The position numbers and the translations under genes are program-made. The notes under the pieces were generated by a model. That model saw nothing but the letters and a program-made list of their open reading frames with translations, was not told the DNA's origin and did not search any database. Of a DNA stretch of 64,000 nucleotides, positions 26,321 through 40,632 are shown piece by piece. This stretch comes from the human T2T-CHM13v2.0 reference genome, Homo sapiens. Location: NCBI RefSeq assembly GCF_009914755.1, contig NC_060926.1; one strand, written 5' to 3'. The stretch's first letter is position 1; every line of letters starts with the position of its first letter.

Positions 26321-26597
26321 TTAAAGACAAATTTGATAACTGTTTTCTTGTAAGTTGAGGGAAAGATTAATTCAAAACTTTTAGTCTCAGTTTGGGCTAG
26401 GAAATGCCAGTGTTATTCCAGGGTACTAACATAGGTATTTTAAAAATAAGATGCTTTTTGCTTTCACAAGCTGACTAAAAAGTAAAGACAAAAAGTGACT
26501 TCAGAAGTCAAATGTAACTCAATAGTCTTACATGCTTAGATCCAACCCAGAAGAACTCAGGGTTCTCCTTCCTGAATGAAGATAATTTGAAGTTGCA

Positions 26598-26663
26598 TAT
26601 TTCGATCCATAGTTGGCTGAACCCACAGATGCAGAGCTTGTGAATATGGAGGGCCAGCGGTAT
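26598..26663 (+). mobile_element. MER2/Tigger-like 3' terminal fragment
   Basis: ttcgatccatagttggctgaacccacagatgcagag...atatggagggccagcggta. Confidence 0.5.
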
Positions 26664-27154
26664 CTCCTTTTCTACAGGAAGACGGCATAGTTTAATTCAT
26701 TAAAATTTGTAAAACTACATAATATCTGTTTCAATGACAAAAAGCAATTTCAATTATATTTAAGATGACATTTACATAAACATAAAAATTATAACCATCT
26801 CACAATACTCTCAACTACCTTGACATAAAAGCAGAGGAAAGCTTGATTTGTTAAGGTATTGCTTTTGCTCATTTTGTTTAAAAAAACTTCTTTTTCTTAA
26901 AATAAGAATTATGGAATCATTAAGTTTTAAGCAATAAGAAGCAAAGTTCGAAACAAGAATCCTGATTCTTCACTTCTGTTTACCCAAAAGAACATTCTCT
27001 CTCTGATTTCAGTCCCAGAAATCAAACCAGTGAACACATCACTATGCAGAGTCACATTCCATGTTTTTAATGGAAGTTTTAGAAGCTACAGATGAATTCA
27101 GGAGTGATATTAAACCAAGACCATTAAGAAAGATGACTTTTTTCTAGGATTCTA

Positions 27155-28000
27155 ACTCCTATATTCAGACACACATATCCAACTGCCCACTTGACATCTC
27201 CACTTGGCTGTCTGTCTCATAGACATTTCAAACTCACTATATCCCAAACAAAAGTCTTAGTATCTCCCCTCCACCCCAAATTGCTGTACTCACAGCCCGC
27301 CCCATCTCAGTCTGATGGCATTTCTATTCTTACTACACTTAGGCCACTTCCTATTTTCCTTAACTCCTCTCTTTTGCTTATTATTTTTCAATCCAACTGC
27401 CAATCTTGCTGGTTCTACCTTCAAAATAACCAGACTCTAATTACTCCTCAACATCTTTACTGCTAACCCTTGTCCATGGCACCAGCATGTCTCACTGGAG
27501 TATTTCAATAGCCTCCTAACTGGTCCTTCTCTTCCACTCTTGTGCTCCCACAGTCTATTCTCAATACAGTGGCCAAAGGGAGCTGTTAAATTTAAAGTCA
27601 GATCATTGTCTCTTTTTGGATCAAAATCCTCCCCTCACTCCCAGACTCTGGGGGGAAAGCCAGAGTCCTACCATGACCAACATGGCCCTCCAGGATCTCA
27701 CCTCCAAATTACTGGCTCCATGTTACTCCTTGAATACTCCAGGCATGTTCCGCTTCTGCGTCCTCAGGCTTTCCCCATGTGGCTACATGGTGAATTATCT
27801 CACCATTTTCTCCATGACAGCTGCCCTTACCAGCTCACCTACACCCATCCTCCACCACTGTGCTCTGCTCCTCCTAGCCCCGCTAGACTTCTTTCTCCAC
27901 AGCATGTATCCCTTCTAAATTCCTAATATACATCACCTAGTATTTTTTAGATTTATTGTTTTTTGTCCACATCTTTTAACTTGAATATAAGATCCACATG
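27155..28000 (+). mobile_element. L2 fragment
   Basis: atatccaactgcccacttgacatctccacttgg...caatagcctcctaactggtc...aagtcagatcattgtc. Confidence 0.8.
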
Positions 28001-28104
28001 GAAGATACTTAATAAATAAATCTGAATTAAGGGAAAATGCCAAACAAGAAAAACAAAGAGAAAAAACTTTGAAAACATCCAGTGTCCAAAAAAAGGTCTT
28101 ATGA

Positions 28105-28260
28105 TTTTCTTTTCTTTTTCTTTTCTTCTTTCCTTCTTTCTTTCCTTTCTCTTTCTTTCCTTTCTTTCTTCCTTTCTCTTTCTTTCTCTCTTTTTCCCTC
28201 CCTTCCTTCCTCCCTTCCTTCCTTCCTTCCCTCCCTCCTTCTCTCTTTCTTTCTCTTTCT
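28105..28260. repeat. Polypyrimidine (CTTT)n/(CCTT)n microsatellite grown from an Alu tail
   Basis: Direct reading; adjoins the antisense Alu poly-T. Confidence 0.9.
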
Positions 28261-28559
28261 TTTTTTTTTTTGAGACAGTCTTCCTCTGTTACCCAGGCTG
28301 GAGTGCAGTGGTGTGATCATGGCTCACTGCAGCCTTGACCTTGACCTGCTGGGCTCAAGTGATCCCCCTGCCTCAGCCTCCTGATTAGCTGGAACCACAG
28401 GTGAATGCCACCAAACCTGGCTAATTTTTAATTTTTTGTAGAGATGGGGTCTTCCTACGTTGCCCAGGCTGGTCTCGAACTCCTGGCTCAAGCAATCCTC
28501 AAGGCCATCTCGGCCTCCTAGAGTCCTGGGATTACATGCATGAGACATCACACCTGGCC
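28261..28559 (-). mobile_element. AluJ
   Basis: gatcatggctcactgcagccttgacc...ggctcaagtgatcc J-type. Confidence 0.92.
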
Positions 28560-29817
28560 AGGCCTTGTGATTTCTAATAGCAGGACCCATGTATTACATC
28601 TCATTTTTTAATTTTAATAATGTTTGTGGCATTTTGAAGAGGAGCAACAACAAAGTAAGCCTGACACTTAGGAGAGGCTGCTGTTTACCCTGAAAAGACC
28701 CCTAAGAGTGGCATTCTTGGGGAGGGGTAGAACACTACATCAAGCACAGAGCGTTATCATAGAGGTCCCCACATCTCCCTTTTATCTGGGAGCCAGAGGG
28801 ATCAGACTCAGAATGTCTGAGTAAAAATTCACAAGAGGCTGCTGGGCACCCCGGAATCTACAAAAAAATGCCATTTCTTTCCAGTGACCATGTCCATTGT
28901 CCAGAATATACCTTTCTGAGCTAATGGTACCCAGGAAGTTGACTTAGCATTCAGAATGTGGTTCAGGGGTGTTGGAATCAGTGCTAAGGATGGCTAACCC
29001 TTCTGAGGACTGCTTAATCCATGCCGTGGTGAGCCCTGATAATGCATCACAACAGACACTTCACAAAAGATCTTCATCCATACTTACCAATCCACACTCA
29101 TGTCCACAAGATTCAGGACCTATTTTCCAGGCCAATACTGGGCAACCATTGGAAATTTTTCCTCTCTGCTCCATGAGGACCAGTTCATTGCCCACAACCT
29201 TTCTCCAGGTAGGATGGATTAGCTTTCTACCCACAAAATTCCAACCATATGGCTGTGCTGTCTTCCAGGAATTACGTAGAGCTCACTTTGCTGGAGTTCT
29301 GGAAGTTCCTCAAATCTTCAATCTGTTACTCTACTCCCATTAGGCACAGATCTGGCCTCTGTAGATCCCAGAGGTGCACCTACTTTCAGATTCCCAAGTC
29401 CTTGGGGCCCTTCAACATTTCCCCCTTATGTCACCAGTGTGTAGCCAGGGGCCTTGTTCTGCACCCTCTACCATCATTAATGAGCTACTTTGACCATAGA
29501 CAAATCACCTAATCTCTCTGGGCCTTAGTTTCCAAATCTAAAAATAAAAGGATATAACTCTCTAAGGTCCCTTCTAGTTGTAAAAAATCCAAGATTATTT
29601 TTTTCCTACCTCTTTAAGATTTAAATGATGACAACAGCATCTTTCCTAAACTTTTCCTGAGGCCAGATGTTCCTGGCACTGAAGTAGAGGAAAAAAATAG
29701 TTTTTGAATAACCTAACATTTTTGCCTTTTAGAGAAAATTATCCTCTGGCCTTTTTAGTTCCCCTTCCCTTACAGCTACCTCCTTATGGACCCTTAAAGG
29801 AAGTCTTTAAAACATAG

Positions 29818-29949
29818 AGAGGCTGAGGCAGGAGAATTGCTTGAGCCTAGGGGTTCGAGACTGCAGTGTGCCATGACTGTACCTGTGAATAGCAACTGCA
29901 CTCCAGATGGAGTTCGGCAACATAGTGAGTCTCTCTCTATCAAAAAAAA
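29818..29949 (+). mobile_element. Alu monomer (FRAM/FAM-like) fragment
   Basis: gaggctgaggcaggagaattgcttgagcc...cctgtgaatagcaactgcactccag, A tail. Confidence 0.75.
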
Positions 29950-31789
29950 GTAAACTATTTATCCTTCCTGATTCATCAGGATCTTATAAAAAACATTGTT
30001 ATTTTCCAAATTATTTTTCTTACATAAAACCTCTTAAATTGTTTTATTCTGATAACTATGCTCATCAGCCTTGACTTTCCTCTGTTTTGCAGGGAAGGCT
30101 ATTAAATGCTCTGGGGAAGAGGAATAAAAAGCTCAGAGACAGGGCCAGGGAAGGAAGCATGCTGTCCATGTAGGTAAATTCTGCCCTGAGCTTTCACAAG
30201 GTGATGGGCATGAAATGGCAGAGGCGAAAGTAGGGAGTGGAGAGAAGGGGAAAAGAAGAGGGAAGAAGAGAAAGTCTGAAAGCATATATTGTTTGCTTAG
30301 AAAAAAGTTTTAGGAGAGGTCTGGTGGCAGTTCAAGAATGTTCACTTAGTTAGATGACTTCTAAACTGGGACTTGCCTAAGAAGCCACACTGCAGGGAGG
30401 AGGCGGAGGTGGAACAGCAGTTCTCTTCCTTTAGCAGCCCTCCATCTAGCCTTCCGCGTAGCAGGCTGGTGAGGTATTGAGCAGCCCCTCTATTGGCCCC
30501 GCACCCAGTTTTCAGAAGTTAAGTTCATTCTACAGGTCTCTAAATGCTTCAAGGACGACCAAATCTATCCATTGTTGGCCTGGAAATCAAAGAAGACATT
30601 CCAAATCTTCACCATTCAGTAAAGCAGTGACTTACTGAAAGAATTACAGTTTACTAGCAAACCCCCCAAATGAATCTCTATGTATAATACATGCATAACT
30701 TCCTAGTCTGAAGATAGCAGTATTCCAAATAATTGTAGGCTCCAAGATATCACTTAGTGACTTCTAATTTAGGAAACATATGCTCTAGAGAATTCCTCCC
30801 ATTATACACACACACATACACACACGTATATTTGTGTGTGCGAACACATATCCTACTATAACAAATGACTCTGTTTTTAAGCCACTCTAGGTTACAAAAC
30901 AATACAATGAGTTAACTTAAAATATGTCATATTAAAATCTGGGCATGAACGCAACTAGAAAGGAAGCCTAATTCATACCAGAAAATATCAAAACAAAGTC
31001 TGGTAAGTGTCTAGCTAGTTAGACAGTCTCAAAGCAGTAGCTTCTCATTAGCATTGAGAAATAACAATCTGAGTGGTAATGTGAATACCTACTGTGGAAC
31101 TGGTACTGGATGTTGTATAAGCTGGGAACAGATGCCTCTTAAATTCAGTTTGTTGCACTATGACAGGGTTCTACTTCAAGGACTCATCTTTTCCCAGTTT
31201 ATTCTTTTCCAGGAAAAGCTTTCTATGCACTTTCATAGACAAATGCAACTCTTCTTGTCATTTTCTGGTTCCTTTTTTTGGGAGAAGGGGACACTTAGAG
31301 CTTTTTTTTCCCCTTTAAACAGCACCAACCTTCTGACTGATGACGAAATAGAGGGAAATTGAAATGGCAGAGTAAAAAATCAATCAGGCACATAGGCAAT
31401 CCCTTCCCTGGTAGAGTTACAGAGTATACATTAGTATTCATGACATTTTAGTTAGGAGACAACATCTCCAGCAAAAGAATCACCACACAGCACTGTGTCA
31501 GGCCGTCTATCACATCTTTCCTACCACTTCCTTGCACAGAATCTGTAATCCAAACACCTACCATGGTCACCCCTCCAGAATAGCCCCATTGGTCTTGCTC
31601 CTTTTCCTGGGACAACAGCCCAAGTCCCCTCTGCATCCTTACTGCTCAGAAGCAAGACATGAACATTTTGTTTGAGGCATTCCTGAAGAAAAATGATAAT
31701 GATCTTATAATATGAGGTATCTTCAAGTTTGTGTTTTGGGAGGAAGAGTGGTATAAGAAGACACAATTGCTGGATAATTCTCAGAAGCC

Positions 31790-32336
31790 AAACATAGAAT
31801 TACCTATGATTCAGCAATTCCACTTCTGGGGACATACCAAAGGAACTGAATCCAGGATCTCAAAGATATGTGCAAACCCACGTTCATAGCAGCATTAGTC
31901 ACAACAGCGAAAAAGTAGAAGCAGCCCAAATGTCCACTGATGAATGAAGGGATAAAGAAAATGTGATATATACATACAAATATGTTTGGCCTTAAAAAGG
32001 AAGGAATGTTTGACACGTGCTAACAACATGGACGGACCTTAAGGACATTACGCTAAGTGAAATAAAGCAGAAACAGAACGACAAATATTATATAATTCTA
32101 CTTATATGAGGTACCTAGAAAAGTCAAATTCATAAAGACAGAAAGTAGAATGGTGGCTGCCAAGAGCTGGGGGAAAGGGAATGGGGAGTTGTTGTTTAAT
32201 GGGTTTAAGTTTCAGTTTTGCAAAATAAAGAGTTCTGGAGATTGGTTGCACAATATGAATATACTTAACGCTACTGAACTGTATCTTAATGGTTAAGATG
32301 GTAAATTTTGTTATGTGTCCTTTATCACAATTAAAA
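31790..32336 (+). mobile_element. L1MB-type 3' end
   Basis: catagaattacctatgattcagcaattccacttctgg...cccaaatgtcca...gacagaaagtagaatggtgg...cacaattaaaa. Confidence 0.85.
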
Positions 32337-33138
32337 CTCCCCCAAAACCTATAGTTCTTAGTATTTCCCAATATGATGGTGATAACAATAATACCTTACA
32401 AATGTCCGGGAACTTCTTTCTGAGAAATCCAGAGACCTGGGCCTCCAGATTTGTTCATGCCAACTCAAAACGATACCAAGGATGAGTTCAGTTGTAAAAG
32501 TTGCACTTATCAGAGTTTAACTTTCTTTTCCCCACTAGCATGAATGTTTGGTATATATCACCATTTTATCCCTCTGAAACCAGGGTCACTCAGACATCTG
32601 TGGATGTCGACCCGCAGTGCCACTCTGGTATTATCTGGGATTCAGGGAGGAGAGGCCTGCCTATGTTGAGGAAGAAGAGAGATTTGTGAAGTTAGCCTCA
32701 TTCCTCTTCTATTTAGAGAGTTCAGGAATGTGTCCATACTGTTCCTCCCCACAAAATTTACCATTTTTTCTCCAGATTAAAGGTGACTTCATCTCTTTCC
32801 ACTTTGACCTTTAAACTCAACTCAGTATTCAACTTGGCAGTCATTCCTATCTAAAAATTACACACAAGATTAATACTCCAGGTGCTCTCTACCACCCAAC
32901 AGGATCTGTTACCTTCTGCCATTCTGTGTCTCCACTCGTTCTTTCAGAACCTGGGGATCAGAGGTTTTGTATAATGATGACACTTTATAAGCCATTTTTT
33001 GCATCTCAAACACAATGGAACACAGCGCAGTGAAAGTGGAAAGATGGGGAAGGGGCTGAGAAATAGGAGAGAATAAGGACCCCCAGAAGAAATACAAACA
33101 GCTTTTGGAAGGATGCATTTACAAAAATGACATCAGGC

Positions 33139-33443
33139 AGCTGGGTGCAGTGGCTCACACCTGTAATCCCAGCACTTTGGGAGGCTGAGGCGGGCGGATC
33201 ACCTGAGGTCAGGAGTTCAAGACCAGCCTGACCAACACGGTGAAACCCCGTATCTACTAAAAATACAATATTAGCCACGTGTGGTGATGCATGCCTGTAA
33301 TCCCAGCTGCTTGGGAGGCTGAGGCAGGAGAATTGCTTGAACTCAGAAGGCAGGGGTTGCAGTGAGCCGAGACGGTGCCACTGCACTTCAACCTAGGCGA
33401 CAAGAGCAAAACTCCATCTCAAAAAAAAAAAAAAAAAAAAAAA
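33139..33443 (+). mobile_element. Alu (AluSq/Sx-like)
   Basis: Full dimer, A tail; TSD gacatcaggc at 33129-33138 and 33444-33453. Confidence 0.95.
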
Positions 33444-34222
33444 GACATCAGGCCCATCTGGAAAGTATTCTAACAAAATAAAAAGATAAAAAGTCCCTTT
33501 CTACTGTGAGCAGCAGATTTGCAGAATATAAAACTTCTGAAACAGCAAGGCTGTATAGCCAACTAACAAAGCAAAACAAAACTGAAAGAAGAGCTCCTTC
33601 GAGGGATGTCCAGCCACTGCTAAGTTGTAAGCCTCTTCCTGGGGCTCAAGGGCAGTACCAGGTACAAGAGGCCTTCCTACTGCAGTTCCCAAGTGCGTGT
33701 CTCCTACAGGCATTTGTGCAAAGGGCTCCAACCAGTGATAAATCCAATCTTCCCTCCATCCCTCCAAACCTGATAACAATGTGGGCTGGCTCTGTCAGAG
33801 CTAGCACGGGGTTTCTGAAACCACTAGGGCTGATATGTCCAGCTTAGAATCTTCTCTTATTCTCTGTCAGCTTTGTCTCCATTTTCTTGTACAACTTGGT
33901 GGTAAAATATGAAAAAAATGTGGCAATTGGAGGACAGAATCAACCATGATTTTTCTCTTTCATCACTGTTCTAGTTATTTGGCATTACTAGGATATAAAC
34001 AAGTTGAGTCCACGAGCCCCTCACCCCTTCGTTGTTTATCATACAGACACATTTTACAACACTTTGGGCTAGAATGAAGACATGAAACAGGAAGTTCCTG
34101 ATCTTGCTCTCCTCTCCTCCTTATCCTCCCTGTCTCAGTTAACACAATAACACAGTCAAAGATGCCGTCTAGTATGTTTCCCAAAAACACCCAGAAAGAG
34201 TTCAGCAGCCTCTCTGGCTAAC

Positions 34223-34600
34223 CTGTCCTAGAGCTGCACAGCAGTCCAATAATGTAGGAACTTCCTTCTCTTAACTTGGATTTGAGACGTTTTCTTTTTC
34301 CACATACAGGTCTGAAAGCAGCAGGCCACTGCGTAATTAAACTGTCCCTCATTGGCCTCAGGAATAATCATCTTGGGCCCTTTCTATGTTTCTGGACGGC
34401 TGCTTCCCAACCCTCTAGCCGTCTTTCTGGCTCTTTTGCAGACTCTTCTCTAGGAAGCACAAGGCTGAAGACATAAAGCTCTGGCAACCGTCACACCTCA
34501 CGGCCTCTTCACGGCCTGCTGGGCTTTGCTCTGGGCTGTGCCTGCTCCTTAAACTCTGGTGCCGGGAAAAGGATTTCCTCGTCTCATATTCAAGCTGTCC
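34223..34600 (-). other. Candidate first exon A (5' end undefined)
   Basis: Donor CAG|GTTAGC (moderate); ATG at 34352 opens 43 codons to the donor; lies in a repeat-free, locally CpG-richer block. Confidence 0.25.
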
Positions 34601-37077
34601 CTACTGCTGCTTCTCTACTCCTGTTTTGTGTTAGTAAAAGAAGGAAGGAAAGAAAAGGGGGAAGGAGGACAGTAGAAAAAATAAAAAAAGGAAACTTAAG
34701 AATTTATAATGACATACTATTTTAACATGAAATACAAGCCAAAAGATGAGTTTTATGAGATGAAAACCCCACAAAACAACAAACTTTTGCATATAACCTC
34801 GCAAGCACGTTTTTATGCACAGTATTTCTGTATTTTCTAACACCCTTTGAATGCCCCACAGATGTCTGCAAACACAGGCTGATCTGTCCCGTTTCACATT
34901 TACATTAACAGGTAAAAATGACAAGAGGCCTAGCTGAATTCCACGAAATAAGTTATTTAAAGAACATCCGAAGTTTTGTTCTTTCAGAAGCAGAGAAGTT
35001 CTAAACAGGGAAGCAAGAGATTCTGAGAATTTCATTTTCACCATAATGGCTCAGCGTTTGTTCCTCTAACAACGTGCAGTTAACAGCTGTGCGCTGGCTC
35101 TTACATTCAAAGCCAAAAAGCAAGTTCTTCACATTAAAGAAATCGTTAAAGACAGTTCAAGGAAAGAGAATTAGGTATTTTAGAGTGGCTACGAAAAGTT
35201 TTCCAGGGGGCAAAAAGCACTAACCTGTATTGTTTTAATCTGCTGAAAACAACCAACTTCTCGAGTTCCCCTGCTGTCTTCTAGCCAGTTTCCTGTAAAT
35301 GTTGCATGTGACATTATACTTCCTCACTGCACCTTCTTTGACTCGCCTCCCTAACCGGTCAGAGGCATGTGATAAGATCAATTTGCTGCTTGCTTCACAT
35401 GGGGGTAACCCTGTGTCTGCAGAAATGATTGTCTCCCCCAGCTTCTTTCAGGTGTTCCCAGGACACAGGTAAAGAGGAGATAAGCCAGGGGGAAGTCATG
35501 CCTGGACTCCAGGCACTCCTGACTCCAAAGGAACCTGAAGGGGGAAGGGAGAGACAGTCTTGAGCCCCAGGGTCACCTATCTTGAGACTGGAGTTCAGCA
35601 GCTGAGAAGGGGCAGAGCGCTCACAGAGGAGCCTGGGGCTTGGGTGCTCTGCTGTCATTAGGACAGCCCCTGGGACTGCCACCCTCAGGGCAGCTGAGGA
35701 AGGGCCCTCGACAGTGCTGCACCCAGGATGTCCCCACACTCCTCTCTGGAGGGCACCAACATCAAGGGAACACACTCAGGCCTTGGTTCATATTTCTGGA
35801 TCCTGCAGCAACCATGGCTACACACCCTGAATTTCCTGGGACTCTCTCAAGTTCACATGTGGTCATGCTGTCAGACAGTGTGCCCCAATTGTTGGTTCGG
35901 AAAACAAAACCACTGTATTCTCAGCCTTCCAGGGCTAAATAACTGGGAGACATTTCCCTCCTGCTGACCTCCAAAATATGCCAGCATTTTGGTTTCCCTT
36001 GAAAGGGCTGGGCATCATCTTCCTCCAGGATGGTGCTGGGTTCCTGGCAGCGTGTGAGTCCTGGCCATGGGGGCTCTGATGGTGGCCTGACAAGAGCACC
36101 AGAAGAGTGCCGGCTGTGACCCTCTCTGCCCTGTACAGCTAGAGAGGCTGGAGGAGAGCTGGAGCAGGGACTAAGCAACAAGCCCAAGGGCACCATATCT
36201 AGCTTTCTTGTTCTACTCACTGGTGCCTTCTGTTTTTTTTTTTTGTTTTGTTTTGTTTTTTGTGATTCTCTCAGCCATCAGGAGGGTCCAAACATACTGG
36301 AATTTGTGGATATAGGAAGTGGTGGTGTGTGGGAGTCAAATGATCTCCTGGACCAAGGGGAATATTCCACAATTTATAAGACTTGACTCTGCAAAAACCC
36401 CAAAGTTGCTTCTATTTGGCTACCCTGGCATGATTATTTTTAAAAAAATGCTTTTAAATGGATTTTTTTGTTTGTTTTTTAGAAAGGTAACTGTAGACAT
36501 ATTCCAAGTCTTGAAAATATTACCCTATAATTCCCCGATGAAGTTTTCCATGGGAGAATACCGAGTAAGGAAACCAGTCCTGGGACTCAGAACTGTGGAC
36601 AACAGTAAAACCCTGAAGTCTCACCACATGATTGCACTTCTGGCTTTGAAAACACACATAACTGTTTTTACCATTTTGACAGTTGATGGCTGGTTTTCTG
36701 ATTGAAATGACATTTAGATTAGACAGTTGAGTCAAAATGGCTGTCCAAGCTATAGTAGACATGGCATTAACTTTAACATAGGAATAATGGTACAATTTTG
36801 CCATCTTGGAGTCAGAAATTGTAAGAACTTTGGAAAAACAAAATACTACATAGATGAAAAATGATGATGACTCAATTTGAATGTATTTAGAAGTCTCACA
36901 TTCTGGGTTAAGCTGCCAGTTCCATTTTTCAACTAAGCAGCTGCATATGTTCTGCTTAAGCCGTGTTCTGTGTGGAATTTTTAAAGGCCTTAATAAAATG
37001 CTTTATAATTTTCCATGAAAATCCCTAACCTGGCTTTCTGTCCATGATTTTTTTTTTCTGGTTAGGCATTTAAAAAT

Positions 37078-38015
37078 TTTAATATACTTTATATTTCAGA
37101 ACAGTTACAGATTTACAGAAAAACTGAGAAGACAGTACAGAGTTCCCATAAATCCTACGCCCAGTCTCCCCTATTATTAACTTCTTAAATTTAGTATGAT
37201 ACATAAGTACCAATTAATAAACCAATAGTGATACATAATTATTAACTAAAGTCCACAGTTTATTCAGATGTCCTTAGTTCTTACCTGCTGTCCTTTATCT
37301 GTTCCAGGAGCCCATCCAGGACTCCACATTACATTTAGTCGTCGTGTTTCTTACGCTCCACTTGGCTGTGACGGTTTCTCAGGCTTTCCTTGTTTTTGAC
37401 AACCATAACAGTTTTGAGAAATACTGGTCTGGTATTTTGTAGAATGTACCACAATTGGGCACACAAATGGGTGTTTTTCTCTTGGTAAGACTGGGGTTAT
37501 GGGTTATTTGGAGGAGGATCACACAGATAAAGTGCCATTTTAGTCACATCGTATCAGATATATGTACTATCTACATGATTTAATACTGCTGGTGTTGCCC
37601 TTGATCACCTGGCTGAGGCAGTGCATGTCAGTTTTCTCCACTGTAAAGTTGCTCCCTGCTTCTCCCCACCTTTCCATATCATACTCTTTGGAAGAAAGTC
37701 CTTCAGGGTAGAGTGTCTATATAAATTATTTGGAATCCTTCTGCATGGAAGATGTCTCTTCTACATATTTATTAATGTATTCAATCATTTATTTATACCA
37801 GTATGGCTGAATGGATATTTATTTTATGCCTTGCATTTTAATTCAACAGTACTTTATTCTGTTGCTCAAATTGTTCCAGCTTCGGCCACTGGGAGCTCTT
37901 ACCATTGGTTTCTGTGCTCCTTTGACATACTCCTATCAATTTTTTTTTTCTTTTTTGTTTTTAAGTACTTCCTCACTTTCCAGCACTACAAGATGCTCCA
38001 GGCTCACCATGTATA
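37078..38015 (-). mobile_element. L1MC-type 3' UTR
   Basis: ttcagaacagttacagatttacagaaaaactgagaagacagtacagagttccc...ccttgatcacctggctgagg...caagatgctccaggctca. Confidence 0.8.
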
Positions 38016-38221
38016 GTACCTCCCCAACTGTTTATGATTTTGGTTTCTTTTTTTGTTTTGTTTTGACAAAAGAATACAAAAATAAACTGATGGGCCTAAG
38101 AAATGTGTCTTCAATTTTAATTAGTTCTGCTCATATGTATTAATAAAAAATTTTGTTTAATTACATTCATAAAATTAGTCCTACCTACCTGGCCTCTACC
38201 AGCTGCAAAACACCATAATTC

Positions 38222-38634
<413 letters not shown>

Positions 38635-38962
38635 TTAATGTCATGTCTTTTTTTCCTCCTTACCTGTTATTAATTTGATGTTATACCTTATAGTTGATAG
38701 TTTTCTGAGAATGGAGGAAATAGATCAGTCAATTACTTTTTGTTTGGACTAAGAGATGTAATTTATTTTCACTGATTTTTTTTCCCACTGAACAAATATT
38801 TTGACTAAAGTGGTTTGATGTGTAGCATGTGCGGACATTAAAAAAATCCCAAGATACATTGTACTCCAAACATATTCTAACTTTAACTCAAGCTACAAAT
38901 TCTCATCAAGTCCTAAATATAGATAAATACAGATATTGATATAAAGTAAAAAGGGGAGTCTA

Positions 38963-40632
38963 TTTAATTTTATTTTTTAAATTGACATTGTAACTGTACA
39001 CATTTATGGGGTACAATGTGATATTTTGATACATATCTATATTGTATAATGATCCAATCAGGGTAGTTAGCATATCCATTAACTCATGCATTTATTATTT
39101 ATTTATGATGAGAACATTCAAACACCTCTCTCCTGGCTATTTTATAAAATACAATATTTTACCATTAACCATAGCCTCCCTACTGTGCAAGAGTGCACCA
39201 GAATTCACTCCTCCTGTCTAATTGTAACTTTGTACCTGTTGACCCCATCTTCCCCTCCCTCCCCAATCTCTAGTAACCATCTGTTCTATTCTCTGCTTCT
39301 ATGATATCAACCTTTTTTTTTTTAAGATTCCGCATATGGGTGAGAGCATGTGGTTATCTGTCTTTCTGTGTCTGCCTTATTTCACTTAATACGATGTCCT
39401 CCAGGTTCATCCATGTTGTCACAAATGACAGGAGTTTATTCATTTTTATGCCTGCATAGTATTCTATTGTGTATATATACCACGTTTTATTTGTTGGACA
39501 TTTACGCAGATTCCCACATCTTGGCTATTGTAAACAGTGCTACAATAAACACGGAGGGCGGATAACTCTTCAACATAATGATTTCATATCCTTTGGATAT
39601 ATGTATCCAGTAGTGGGACTGCTGGATCATATGGTCATGCTATTTTTAATATTTTTTAGAAATCTCCATACTCCTTTGTTTTTTGTTCATTTGTTTCTTT
39701 TTTCTTTTTTGTAAATTCTTCCAGATCCTGACCCATACTATTTTCCATAATGGCTGTACTAGTTTACAGTTCCACCAACAGTGATGAGTATTTCCTTTTC
39801 TCCACATCCTAACCCAACACTTGTTTCCTTTTGTTCTTTTGACAATAGTCATTCTGAATAGAGTGAAGTATATCTCACTGTGGTTTTGATTTGCATTTCC
39901 CTGATGAATAGTGATGCTGGACATTTGTATGTCTTCTTTTGAGAAATGTCTACTAAGGTCTTTTGCTCACTTTTATTTTTGAGACAGGGTCTTGCTCTGT
40001 CACCCAGGATGGAGTCTTGTGGCATGATCATAGCTCACTGCAGCCTCAAACTCAGGCTTAAGTGATCCTCCTGCCTTGGCCTCTTGAGTAGCTGAGATTA
40101 GAGGCATGCATCATCACGCTTGGCTAATTTTTAAATTTTTTGTAGAGACGGAGTCTCACTTTGTCACCTAGGGTGGTCTCGAACTCCTGGGCTCCTCCCA
40201 TCTCATCCTCCCAAAGTGCTGGGATTACAGTTTTGCCTGTTTTAAATCAAGTTATTTGTTTTTGGTTTTTTTGTTTTTGGTTTTTTTTGCTATTAGTTCC
40301 TTATATAGCCTGGATATTAACCCCTTGTCAGATGTATGGTTTGCAAATATTTTCTCCCATTCGGTAGGTGATCTCTTCACTCTGAATAGTTTTCTTTGCT
40401 GTGCAAAAGCTTTTTAGCTTGATGTATTCCCATTTGTCTATTTTGGCTTTGTTGCCTATGCGTTTGAGGTCTTATTTTTAAATTTTGTCCAGACCAACGT
40501 CAAGAAGAATTTTCCCTATGTTTTGTCTAGTAGTTTTACAGTTTCAGGTTTCACACTTATGTTTTTAATCTATGTTGAGTTGATTTTTGTATATGATGAA
40601 AGGTAGGGATCTAGTTTCATTCTTCTGCATGT
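38963..40632 (-). mobile_element. L1MA-type element, non-inverted 3' segment
   Basis: Antisense 3' UTR (catttatggggtacaatgtg...) and ORF2 tail to gatctagtttcattcttctgcatg. Confidence 0.88.
39972..40230 (-). mobile_element. AluJ nested in the L1MA
   Basis: gatcatagctcactgcagcctcaaac; approximate TSD ttttgctcactttt / ttttgcctgtttt. Confidence 0.88.

Noticed and set aside
28082-28320. Low-complexity FLS-rich and KRE-rich ORFs
   Set aside because: Translations of the CT microsatellite.
30093-30173. Plus-strand 81-nt exon-like segment with a good acceptor and TAG|GTAAAT donor
   Set aside because: Stops in all frames and no partner exons; probably a pseudo-exon, and a reminder that such motifs occur by chance.
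34631-35044. 137-aa minus-strand ORF starting MVKMKF
   Set aside because: Ends in low-complexity F/L/S sequence with no recognisable family; length attainable by chance.
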